From positions 56,373 to 76,372 of IMG/VR virus record IMGVR_UViG_3300009998_000035: 20,000 nucleotides of DNA; one strand, given 5' to 3'. Positions 1 through 7,705 of this stretch are shown here, piece after piece (position 1 is the first letter of the stretch; each line of letters begins with the position of its first letter). The notes under the pieces were generated by a model. That model was not told where the DNA came from, did no database searches, and worked only from the letters and a program-made list of their open reading frames with translations. The position numbers and the translations under genes are program-made. The DNA comes from an uncultured virus (IMG/VR IMGVR_UViG_3300009998_000035). Taxonomy: Duplodnaviria; Heunggongvirae; Uroviricota; Caudoviricetes.

Positions 1-288
1 ATCTATTTTGTTGAATGTAAAGAAACTGAAAAACCAAAAACGAGTTTTTCAATACTTGGAACTTTCCGTAAAGGTCAGGTTCAAGGTATGGTCAGGGCAG
101 CCCAATTGAGGTTGCCTTATTTTGTAGTCTTTCACATATTGGCTACAAAGCAAATTTACTTAGTACCGGGCGTTGAGATCCTACGATGCTTGAACGAAGG
201 TAAGAAATCAATCTCAATAAGTATTATTGAGCAATACCCATGGAAAGAAGGTGAATTATATGACTACTATCAACAAAGATCGAATTGA
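1..288 (+). CDS. RecU-like Holliday junction resolvase (PD-(D/E)xK nuclease), 5'-truncated by the window edge
   Basis: Frame 1 is open from base 1 (the ORF track starts it at 88): IYFVECKETEKPKTSFSILGTFRKGQVQGM...YFVVFH...IYLV...GKKSI. The ExK motif followed by ET..KTSF, a downstream Q and G(K/R)KSI resembles RecU (FEAKETKNKTSF...HQ...GRKSI, recalled from the B. subtilis protein). Confidence 0.75.
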   Translation: MYFVECKETEKPKTSFSILGTFRKGQVQGMVRAAQLRLPYFVVFHILATKQIYLVPGVEILRCLNEGKKSISISIIEQYPWKEGELYDYYQQRSN

Positions 289-1006
289 AAAACAGTTTGT
301 CCATTTCATGGTCGATCTTGAAACATTGGGTGTGATCCCAAATAAGAACCCAGTGTTGCAGATTGCAGCTGTAAAATTCGACTCTGTTGAATTTGAAGCA
401 TGTAAGAATGAAGATGGTTCCATCGTTGCGTTTGAAGCATTCCTACCACTGGCTGATCAAATTAAACTTGGTCGTAAACCAGATGCGGGTACAGTCGCTT
501 GGTGGTCTAAACCAGATAAGAAAGAAGTAGCCGAAGTGGTTTTCAAAGGTGTTCAAGAAGCTCCCCCTTTGAAAGAACAGTTGGAAAAATTTGCCAACTG
601 GGTTGCTGCAGAATGTCGTCAACCAGATGGGTCATATGCTGAGTCTGTGTTCTGGGCTAAACCAACATTATTCGATTACCCATTTATGGATGGTTTATTT
701 CTGGAAACTGGTGTACCTAGCCCATTTCACTTTCGTAAAGTAATGGATATGCATACATACATCGTATCAGCATTGAAGAATGTACATTATGCGGTGAACC
801 ACTACCAAATGAACCATCACGTGGCTACAGAAACATACTGGTATGCTTTTGAGAAAGTGCGTCGACTACATAAAGGGCGTAAAGATGCCCACAATGCATC
901 GTCGGATTGTATTTTTCAGCTAGATTGGTTGAAAGAAATCTCATCAAACCTTGGTCACTATGTAAGTGAAACAGGTATTAAAGAAACTTTGGCACGTAAG
1001 GATTAA
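260..1006 (+). CDS. DEDDh-family 3'-5' exonuclease (phage DUF5051/Rv2179c-like)
   Basis: ExoI motif MVDLETLG, ExoII-like WAKPTLFD, ExoIII HNASSD. Start placed at ATG 260 behind the SD-like GAAGGTGA rather than at TTG 227. Confidence 0.88.
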   Translation: MTTINKDRIEKQFVHFMVDLETLGVIPNKNPVLQIAAVKFDSVEFEACKNEDGSIVAFEAFLPLADQIKLGRKPDAGTVAWWSKPDKKEVAEVVFKGVQEAPPLKEQLEKFANWVAAECRQPDGSYAESVFWAKPTLFDYPFMDGLFLETGVPSPFHFRKVMDMHTYIVSALKNVHYAVNHYQMNHHVATETYWYAFEKVRRLHKGRKDAHNASSDCIFQLDWLKEISSNLGHYVSETGIKETLARKD

Positions 1007-1008
1007 TC

Positions 1009-1293
1009 ATGAGTAGCGTACAAATGAACCAACTGATCAAACCAATGCATGATCGCGTTTTAATTGAACGTGACGTAGAAGAAACAACTGCAGGTGGCAT
1101 CGTACTGGCAGGACAAGCTCAAGAACTTCAACGAAGTGGTGTTATTTTAGAACTTGGCGCAGACTGGCATCCATTTCAAGTAAAAGTAGGTGATCGCGTT
1201 TACTTTGGTGCGTATGCAGGTATGGAGATTAACCATGAGGGTAAACCTTATCTTTTGTTAAAAGAGTCAGAAATTTTAGCTGTTGAAGAATAA
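1009..1293 (+). CDS. groES: GroES/Cpn10 co-chaperonin
   Basis: IKPMHDRVLI, mobile loop TAGGIVL, VKVGDRVYFGAYAG and LLKESEILA all match Cpn10; SD AAGGA at 998-1002. Confidence 0.96.
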   Translation: MSSVQMNQLIKPMHDRVLIERDVEETTAGGIVLAGQAQELQRSGVILELGADWHPFQVKVGDRVYFGAYAGMEINHEGKPYLLLKESEILAVEE

Positions 1294-1298
1294 TTCTG

Positions 1299-1327
1299 TT
1301 GACAGCAAGTTTTTAGTTAGGTAGTTT
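1299..1327 (+). promoter_or_regulatory. Putative sigma70-type promoter
   Basis: Perfect -35 TTGACA (1299-1304), 17-nt spacer, -10 TAGTTT (1322-1327) keeping the conserved TAnnnT positions; located in an intergenic gap. Confidence 0.65.
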
Positions 1328-1333
1328 GTATTT

Positions 1334-1366
1334 ATGAATTTACCCGACAAGAAATTCTACGAGTGA
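1334..1366 (+). CDS. Possible leaderless 10-aa leader peptide MNLPDKKFYE
   Basis: ATG lies 7 nt after the end of the -10 box (expected +1 position); the TGA stop falls in the 5' arm of the downstream terminator stem. Too short to validate from sequence alone. Confidence 0.3.
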   Translation: MNLPDKKFYE

Positions 1367-1389
1367 CCTGAAAAGGCCACTCGTTTTTT
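1359..1389 (+). terminator. Intrinsic terminator
   Basis: ACGAGTG-A-CCT GAAA AGG-C-CACTCGT followed by TTTTT: 7+3 bp stem with one mismatch, GNRA loop, U-tract. Confidence 0.8.
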
Positions 1390-1413
1390 ACAACCCAAAA
1401 AAGGAATCAAACC

Positions 1414-1620
1414 ATGGCTGAACAAAACACAATGACGAATGAGCAGTTACGTAACCATTTCGAACAAATGGTTATGGATAAAAAAGTGCCATACATCAAC
1501 AATTTTATCAATGAACATAACTTCGCAATCAACCCACATACAGACAACTATGTGGATATGGGTAACGAAGTAGCGTTCAACATTTTTAAAGAAGGCTTCT
1601 TGAGTGGAGCAAAAGAATAA
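1414..1620 (+). CDS. Hypothetical protein (68 aa)
   Basis: SD AAGGA upstream; stop overlaps the next start (TAATG). No recognisable motif. Confidence 0.8.
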   Translation: MAEQNTMTNEQLRNHFEQMVMDKKVPYINNFINEHNFAINPHTDNYVDMGNEVAFNIFKEGFLSGAKE

Positions 1621-2657
1621 TGATTGACCGTAACCCAACAATTTACTTAGGCAATGGTGCAGCATTAAAAACCATTGGTGATGCACACCTTGGTCGAGTA
1701 TTTAAAACAAATGTGCCATTAGATCGTCGTGGAGAATATGAAGCTCTGCAACTTCAAACATTGAAAGAACAACTACATATGGATATTCCTGTAGATGCTG
1801 CAGGAACATTAACCGACTTGGTCCGTTGCCAAGTCGGGGACTGGTTTGATAAATCTGTTGTGGCTAACCGAGATGTGTTAAATTCATATAGTTTATTAAA
1901 AGACTATGAACGAGACCATATAGAACCTCTCTATATTATTTCGGGGAACCACGATGATAGTAAATCAATTACTGAACCAACATCTTGGGACGTGCTTGCT
2001 CAATTTTTTATGGATTCAAAGCGAGTTATTTTTGTCAAAAAGTGGAAAGTTCATCAACTTGATGATGGAACACAAATCCTTTTTGTTGGATGGAATATTC
2101 ATGACAGTGTTGCCAGTGCTTATTTGGAAGCAGTGGAAGCAGGGTTTAACCAAATCCGAATGGTTGTGTGTCATCTTGATCGTATTAGCTATGGCGACGA
2201 CACCAATGTGATTCCATACGATTTCCTGCTCAACAAAGGAATCGAATATGTAGTGTCAGGTCATGAACACAAACCATACTTTTTTCGTGAAAACGACATG
2301 CGAGTAATCGGCACTGGTTCACTACTTCCGTATAGCCATGCGGAAGATCCAGAAACTGAACATTACATTACGTTCCGCAGCTTGGAAGAACTAGAAGCCT
2401 ACGGTGTTGAAAATTTGGGTCAGAAACATGTACGTGTATATGTGGAAGACCCAAATTTATTGCCTGAATTTAGCAGCTTGAGTCTGCAGGTGAATAAATC
2501 AGATACCGAAGCAGCCGAAGGTATTTCAGAAGTGGTTATTGAATCCTACAACTCCAAGGCAATTTGGGAAGCGTCTGCAGCATCGGTTGAATTACCAAAG
2601 GATGAAGCAGATTTATTGTGGACAGAAATTACAGATAAAGGTTCGGTGGAAGAATGA
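1620..2657 (+). CDS. SbcD/Mre11-like metallophosphoesterase nuclease (recombination nuclease subunit)
   Basis: Calcineurin-like motifs GDAHLG, GDWFD, GNHD, CH, GHEH; coupled by an ATGA overlap to an SbcC-like ATPase. Confidence 0.93.
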   Translation: MIDRNPTIYLGNGAALKTIGDAHLGRVFKTNVPLDRRGEYEALQLQTLKEQLHMDIPVDAAGTLTDLVRCQVGDWFDKSVVANRDVLNSYSLLKDYERDHIEPLYIISGNHDDSKSITEPTSWDVLAQFFMDSKRVIFVKKWKVHQLDDGTQILFVGWNIHDSVASAYLEAVEAGFNQIRMVVCHLDRISYGDDTNVIPYDFLLNKGIEYVVSGHEHKPYFFRENDMRVIGTGSLLPYSHAEDPETEHYITFRSLEELEAYGVENLGQKHVRVYVEDPNLLPEFSSLSLQVNKSDTEAAEGISEVVIESYNSKAIWEASAASVELPKDEADLLWTEITDKGSVEE

Positions 2658-4807
2658 TTCACGAAATTACACTCAAAAATTGGCACAAACACAATAACAA
2701 GACCTTCACTTTTAAAGAAGGTCTTAATCTTATTAGAGGTGAAAATGAAGCAGGTAAATCTCTTATTCTGGAAGCTATTGATTTTCTATTGCATGGCAGT
2801 GTGGCTTTACGCTTGCCTGTTAGCTTGTATAGTTCTGCTATGTCTGTGGATGGTTCTTTTACCATTAATGGTGTTAGGTATCGTATTGTCCGAACCACTA
2901 AAAAAGCACAGCTCTTTAATGCTGAAACTGAACAACTTATCGCGTCAGGGACTAAACCAGTTGATCTTGAGGTAAGAAAACTTCTTGGTTACAGCCGTAG
3001 TGTGTTCATGGTTTCTAACTATAGCTCACAGGACTCGATCAATTACTTGTCCACGCTGAAACCTGCAGAACGTAAACGAACAATCGACAACGTGGTTGGT
3101 TTGACTGCAGTAGAAACAGTATTGACCGAACATAAAACTGAATTAAGTGTGTTAAATAAAGCACTTAGTTCAGTGAAAAATCGTGAGGTTGAACAACCAC
3201 CGAAACCTACAGGTTTTCGTATCAATAATGTGGATGATTTAATCGACAGTTGCCGTAAACAAATTACAGAAATTACGGTGACTAAATCCATTCAAAGTAA
3301 GTTGAAAGAACAACACGAAGCTTTGGAACGGAATAAACCAGAAATGGTTGAACTTGGAGATATTTCGGGCCTTATTCCAGACATGGATGAGACTCGTATA
3401 GCTCAGATTCAAGAGCATAAAAAATCTCTGGTGCGTAACCAAGACAACTTGGTAATGCAGAAAAACAACTTGGTTAAACCAGTGTCTGTGTCTGAACCAG
3501 ATCATTCGCATTATTTAGAAGGTGTGACCAATGAGTTGATTCGTGAGAATCACAACAAACGTGGTCAGATTGTCACAGGCATTAACTTTTTTGCAGAACG
3601 TGTAGATGAATATACAAAACGCACAGAGGGAGAAACCTTTTACTCAGAGGGAGAAATTGCCGAAGCAGAAAAACAAACCAAGTTGCGTCAAGACTGGGTT
3701 CAATTGCAGGAACTAAAAGAACGTGGTTCCGTGAACTGTAACCATTGTGGTGAAGAAGTATTACTGGCTGCAGATATAATTAAGGAACATTATGCTCATG
3801 TACCTGAACATGTAGACGCACCAGTGGTTCCTCATGATCAAATGAAGTGGCATAACAATCAGTTAAATGAAAATTTAACCAAGTTGGAGCAATACAAAGC
3901 AGACTTGACTCAAAAACAAGATGCTTTAGCAGACTTTGATGCTTGTTGGTACTCAGAAACAGCCATTGTTCGTCACATTGAATATACCGTTGCGAAGCAA
4001 AAGTACGACAAGTACCAACAAGAACTGGAAAAGTATGAGACTGAATCTGTTCGTTTGACTAATGCTCAGGCAGAAAATGTTAAAGAACTCAAGACCGTTG
4101 AAGATGAATATCCAGATGATAAGTTTGAAGCACACCGCTTGGCTGTTCGAAATCAAACCATTTGGGAACAGAACCAACGCGATACAGCCAATTGGCAAAA
4201 GAACAAAGATGCTTTAGAACCATATGTGGGTGATCAGCGTTTGGAGTTTTTGACTGCTGAATTACCTCGGTTGGAAGCCGACTTGGTGAATCATCAACGT
4301 AATAAACAGGAATGGGTTGATTATGATGCTGCTATCGAAAAGTACGAACTATGGGTAGCTGAATATGAAGATGCCCAGTGTGGTGTAGATCTGGAAAAGA
4401 CTCGGATTGAAGCCTTGAATGTATATAAGGCTCAAATCAAGACAGCAATTTTACCTAGCGTGAATGCTGTAGCAACCCAATGGCTTCACCGTATGTCCGA
4501 AGGAAAGCACCATAAAGTGGAATTGACCGAAGACATGGCTATTCTGGTGAACGGTGAACCTATTGAAGCTCTTTCAATTTCTGGTCGCGCTTTAGGTCAT
4601 TTGAGTCTACGCATGGCACTAGGTCAGGTCTTGACCAACCATGTGTTTCCTGTATTTATGGCTGACGAAGTCGATGCTTCAATGCGAAATGAACGAGCAC
4701 AAAACGTATTGGATGCTTTGACAGATATGTTAAAGGGTTCAATGAAACAGATCATTATGATCAGTCACCGTGAACTTGAGCACGTTGATAATATTATTGA
4801 TATTTAA
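2654..4807 (+). CDS. SbcC/Rad50-like SMC ATPase (recombination exonuclease subunit)
   Basis: Walker A GENEAGKS, Q-loop YSSQD, long coiled coils with a central CNHC zinc hook (aa 362-365 of 717), signature-position LSISG, Walker B FMADEVD, H-loop MISH. Confidence 0.94.
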   Translation: MIHEITLKNWHKHNNKTFTFKEGLNLIRGENEAGKSLILEAIDFLLHGSVALRLPVSLYSSAMSVDGSFTINGVRYRIVRTTKKAQLFNAETEQLIASGTKPVDLEVRKLLGYSRSVFMVSNYSSQDSINYLSTLKPAERKRTIDNVVGLTAVETVLTEHKTELSVLNKALSSVKNREVEQPPKPTGFRINNVDDLIDSCRKQITEITVTKSIQSKLKEQHEALERNKPEMVELGDISGLIPDMDETRIAQIQEHKKSLVRNQDNLVMQKNNLVKPVSVSEPDHSHYLEGVTNELIRENHNKRGQIVTGINFFAERVDEYTKRTEGETFYSEGEIAEAEKQTKLRQDWVQLQELKERGSVNCNHCGEEVLLAADIIKEHYAHVPEHVDAPVVPHDQMKWHNNQLNENLTKLEQYKADLTQKQDALADFDACWYSETAIVRHIEYTVAKQKYDKYQQELEKYETESVRLTNAQAENVKELKTVEDEYPDDKFEAHRLAVRNQTIWEQNQRDTANWQKNKDALEPYVGDQRLEFLTAELPRLEADLVNHQRNKQEWVDYDAAIEKYELWVAEYEDAQCGVDLEKTRIEALNVYKAQIKTAILPSVNAVATQWLHRMSEGKHHKVELTEDMAILVNGEPIEALSISGRALGHLSLRMALGQVLTNHVFPVFMADEVDASMRNERAQNVLDALTDMLKGSMKQIIMISHRELEHVDNIIDI

Positions 4808-4819
4808 AAAGGAAAAACC

Positions 4820-5425
4820 ATGAAACCAGTAATGCAAACAAAATTTGGTAAAGGTGGCAATTGCCTATCAGCGTGCTTCGCATCTTTATTTGAAAAAGAT
4901 TTAAGTGCTGTTCGTTATTTCTTTGACAATATTCCAGAAGATGTGGAGCAGGATGATCCTAAGTGGGTTCCAGTGTTTTGGAATAACGTACATGAATACT
5001 TGCGTAGCCAGGGTTACGGTTTGATTCACTTATGTAATGAGGATATTCAAGAAACCATTGGTATGATGGAGGGCTATTTCTTGGTTGGGGGACAATCACC
5101 ACGTGGTTATTCACATAGTGTGATTTACACCAAAGATGGTTTAGCCCATGACCCACACCCGGAAGGTGGTGGTGTAATTCCTGAAACTGTATCTATTATC
5201 TACCCTTTATTTAATAAAGAGCAGTTAAGAACCTACATCACCTTGAGTCCAGATTTAATTGGTAAATTCGTGCTTATTGATGAAAACAAAACCCGGTGCT
5301 GTCGAGTTTTAGAATACGATTTAGAAACTCAAAAGGTTAAACTAATGTTCGTTAGTGAAGCTACTCGCCCACACTACTACACAGTGAACTATAAGCGTTT
5401 GACTTTGTGTGAACACCAATATTAA
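4820..5425 (+). CDS. Hypothetical protein with a putative papain-like (C39-like) Cys-His-Asp domain
   Basis: SD AAGGA; Q6, GNC15LSAC helix, H99SVIY strand and HD111P have the order and spacing of papain-fold peptidases; ~60-aa beta-rich C-terminal extension. The ORF is secure; the function is inference. Confidence 0.55.
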   Translation: MKPVMQTKFGKGGNCLSACFASLFEKDLSAVRYFFDNIPEDVEQDDPKWVPVFWNNVHEYLRSQGYGLIHLCNEDIQETIGMMEGYFLVGGQSPRGYSHSVIYTKDGLAHDPHPEGGGVIPETVSIIYPLFNKEQLRTYITLSPDLIGKFVLIDENKTRCCRVLEYDLETQKVKLMFVSEATRPHYYTVNYKRLTLCEHQY

Positions 5426-5435
5426 GGAAAATAAA

Positions 5436-5882
5436 ATGACTTTAGTAAACTTAATGCTTGAAGTAGGAAAAACAAAACGTAACTTAATTGAGTTACACGA
5501 TCAAATTTTACTAGGTGAATCTTTATTACGTAACCAGTTGATGGATATACAAAATAAGTTCGCACCTAAACACCTGTTGGGCCAAGAACTGGTTATAGGT
5601 CAGCATGAAGTATCAAACATAGATGAGTATATGCTCAAATCTAAAGGCTATTTTGATCAAGGGATTTTCCCACGTGCGCCTAACTACACACGGAATCTCT
5701 CGAAACATTATATTGGTGCAGATATTAAAATTGTTCGCATAGAACTGTGTGATTTGGTGGATAAAAGTCCAGACACCTTGATGTGGCTTGTTATTGGTGT
5801 GGTACGAAACAAAACTACAGGCGAATTTGGTAAGAAAGAAATTTCCACATATTTGTTTGACAAAGTTGAAATGAAAGATTAA
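5436..5882 (+). CDS. Hypothetical protein (148 aa)
   Basis: ATG 5436 with SD AAGGA at 5424-5428 (preferred to GTG 5409); fills the gap up to the terminator; no recognised motif. Confidence 0.8.
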   Translation: MTLVNLMLEVGKTKRNLIELHDQILLGESLLRNQLMDIQNKFAPKHLLGQELVIGQHEVSNIDEYMLKSKGYFDQGIFPRAPNYTRNLSKHYIGADIKIVRIELCDLVDKSPDTLMWLVIGVVRNKTTGEFGKKEISTYLFDKVEMKD

Positions 5883-5894
5883 TCTTAAAACCTC

Positions 5895-5925
5895 AAAACA
5901 TCACCGTAAGGTGGTGTTTTTCTTT
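5895..5925 (+). terminator. Intrinsic terminator
   Basis: AAAACATCACC GTAA GGTGGTGTTTT then TCTTT: stem with one G-U pair, GNRA loop, U-tract. Confidence 0.8.
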
Positions 5926-5951
5926 AACCTAAAAAACGGAACAAACCAACC

Positions 5952-6683
5952 ATGACGACTTTACCAATCCCTGCTTCTGTTCAAGCAAACCTAGAAATTA
6001 TTAAAAATATGGGTGCTGCTGAACTTTCTCGTTTAATCAACATTCGTGCAGGTCGTGCGCCTTCACACAATCCGTCGGCTCAAACCTTAATCAACCAGTT
6101 TAACTTAATCGAATCAGAAATCGAAGAAGGTAAACTTGCTGCTGCAGCTGCAGATCTTGCAGGTGTTCGTGATGCTATTTGTGACATTGTGCTATTAGCT
6201 ATGGGTCAGCAAGGCCACATCAATGAAATTGATCTTGATAGTGATTTCAAGCGCATGTGCGCTTACAACATGACTCGCATCCCTCAATCTTTAGAGGAAG
6301 CCGAAGCCACAGTTGAAAAATATAAAAAAATCGGCATTGAAACTCAAATTAAACCCATTAGTTTAAACCCTAATTTTGGTGGTGAACTTTACCCAGTCGT
6401 TTGCGTAGACCGTGACCAATGGGATAGTAAAGGTGCTCACTACCCACCTCGTAAATTCGTTAAATCAGTAGCCTTTATTGATGCTGAATTTGAAGAAATT
6501 GAATCTGTACAGATCGAAGTCCCTGCAGAACTACAAGGTTTGGGTAATTTGATTACAGAACCAATGGTTGATTTATTCTTAAAAGAATTAAGTGTATGGG
6601 AGCAGGATGACGCAACCGATGGTTGTAGTTATGAAGAATTTATTGCAGACATGAAAAATCGTTTAATTGGAAAACGCGCATGA
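5952..6683 (+). CDS. MazG-like / all-alpha NTP pyrophosphohydrolase (PRA-PH/DR2231-like)
   Basis: LIESEIEEG...VRDAICDIV acidic helix pair, then F..M...NMTR and KFVKS, the layout of phage MazG-like NTP-PPases; ATGA overlap with thyX. Confidence 0.8.
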   Translation: MTTLPIPASVQANLEIIKNMGAAELSRLINIRAGRAPSHNPSAQTLINQFNLIESEIEEGKLAAAAADLAGVRDAICDIVLLAMGQQGHINEIDLDSDFKRMCAYNMTRIPQSLEEAEATVEKYKKIGIETQIKPISLNPNFGGELYPVVCVDRDQWDSKGAHYPPRKFVKSVAFIDAEFEEIESVQIEVPAELQGLGNLITEPMVDLFLKELSVWEQDDATDGCSYEEFIADMKNRLIGKRA

Positions 6684-7657
6684 AAAAGCACCCTTTATTG
6701 GTTAAAAAACCAAAAGTTATTAACTTAGAGGCGATTGAAAATCAAGTTGATTATTCAGACACTCTACCAATTTATGCTCGAATCATTGAAGCGACTCGTT
6801 GTATTGAAACTGGTGCAACGATTGAGACATTTGAAATGTATTTTCCACGCCCTATTTTGGCTGAACAAAATACACATCGTGTCTTCTCACGCAACACTGG
6901 TTCAAGTCGTGCGATCCCATTGAAAACCATGCTTCGTGAGCTTCGTCGCACACCATTTATCCCTATGTTCTGGGGTAAAAACAAATCTGGTATGCAGTCT
7001 GCAGAGACCCTACCTTGGTTTAAAGCGAAGATGTGTTCAATTGCTTGGAGTATTCATCGGGTACTTACCTTTGCTACAGTAAAATTCCTGAGCAAAATGG
7101 ATCTACACAAGCAATGGGCCAATCGTTTGTTAGAGCCACATACCTATATTCGTCAAGTTGTAACCAGTACGTCTTGGGACAACTATATTACTTTACGACA
7201 CCATGATGATGCTCAACCTGAGATTGTGGCTTTAGCCTACATGGTGAAAAAAGAATTAGCGACTTATCGCGCAGATGAATACGCTATGTACCGTCGTGTG
7301 TCTTGTACACATAAGAAAAATGCCTTCCACTGGCATTTACCGTACATTACAGAGGAAGAACGTGTTGAGTTTCAACATCGACCTCTTTACTTGGCTAAAT
7401 TATCTGCAGCGCGTTGTGCACGAACCAGTTACTTGACTCAGGAAGGGATTAGTCCACGACCTGAACGCGAAATGGGTACGTTCAAGAAATTGGCTGAGTC
7501 TAGCCCAATTCATGCTTCACCATTAGAGCATCAAGCTTTCCCTGCTAAAAAGCGTAATCGTCAGTCTCGTAACTTTATTGGTTTCAACCAATATCGTGAT
7601 TACTTCGAAAACCACGAACACGGTCAACCAGTTTCTGAACATACAGAAATGCTTTAA
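6680..7657 (+). CDS. thyX: Flavin-dependent thymidylate synthase ThyX
   Basis: PRPILAEQNTHRVFSRNTGSSRAIP (ThyX motif variant), HKQWANRLLEP, LRHHDDAQPEI, SAARCARTSY, HASPLEHQA. Confidence 0.92.
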   Translation: MKKHPLLVKKPKVINLEAIENQVDYSDTLPIYARIIEATRCIETGATIETFEMYFPRPILAEQNTHRVFSRNTGSSRAIPLKTMLRELRRTPFIPMFWGKNKSGMQSAETLPWFKAKMCSIAWSIHRVLTFATVKFLSKMDLHKQWANRLLEPHTYIRQVVTSTSWDNYITLRHHDDAQPEIVALAYMVKKELATYRADEYAMYRRVSCTHKKNAFHWHLPYITEEERVEFQHRPLYLAKLSAARCARTSYLTQEGISPRPEREMGTFKKLAESSPIHASPLEHQAFPAKKRNRQSRNFIGFNQYRDYFENHEHGQPVSEHTEML

Positions 7658-7665
7658 AAATCAAC

Positions 7666-7695
7666 AGGATGACCCAACAGGGTCATCTTTTATTT
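7666..7695 (+). terminator. Intrinsic terminator-like hairpin
   Basis: AGGATGACCC AACA GGGTCATCTT then TTATTT; directly abuts the GGAGA SD of the next gene. Confidence 0.75.
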
Positions 7696-7705
7696 GGAGA
7701 AAATT

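Noticed and set aside
1620..4807. SMC-based defence system (Wadjet/Lamassu-like)
   Set aside because: A metallophosphoesterase plus a zinc-hook ATPase is the standard phage SbcCD/gp46-47 recombination pair; no kleisin or effector genes are present.
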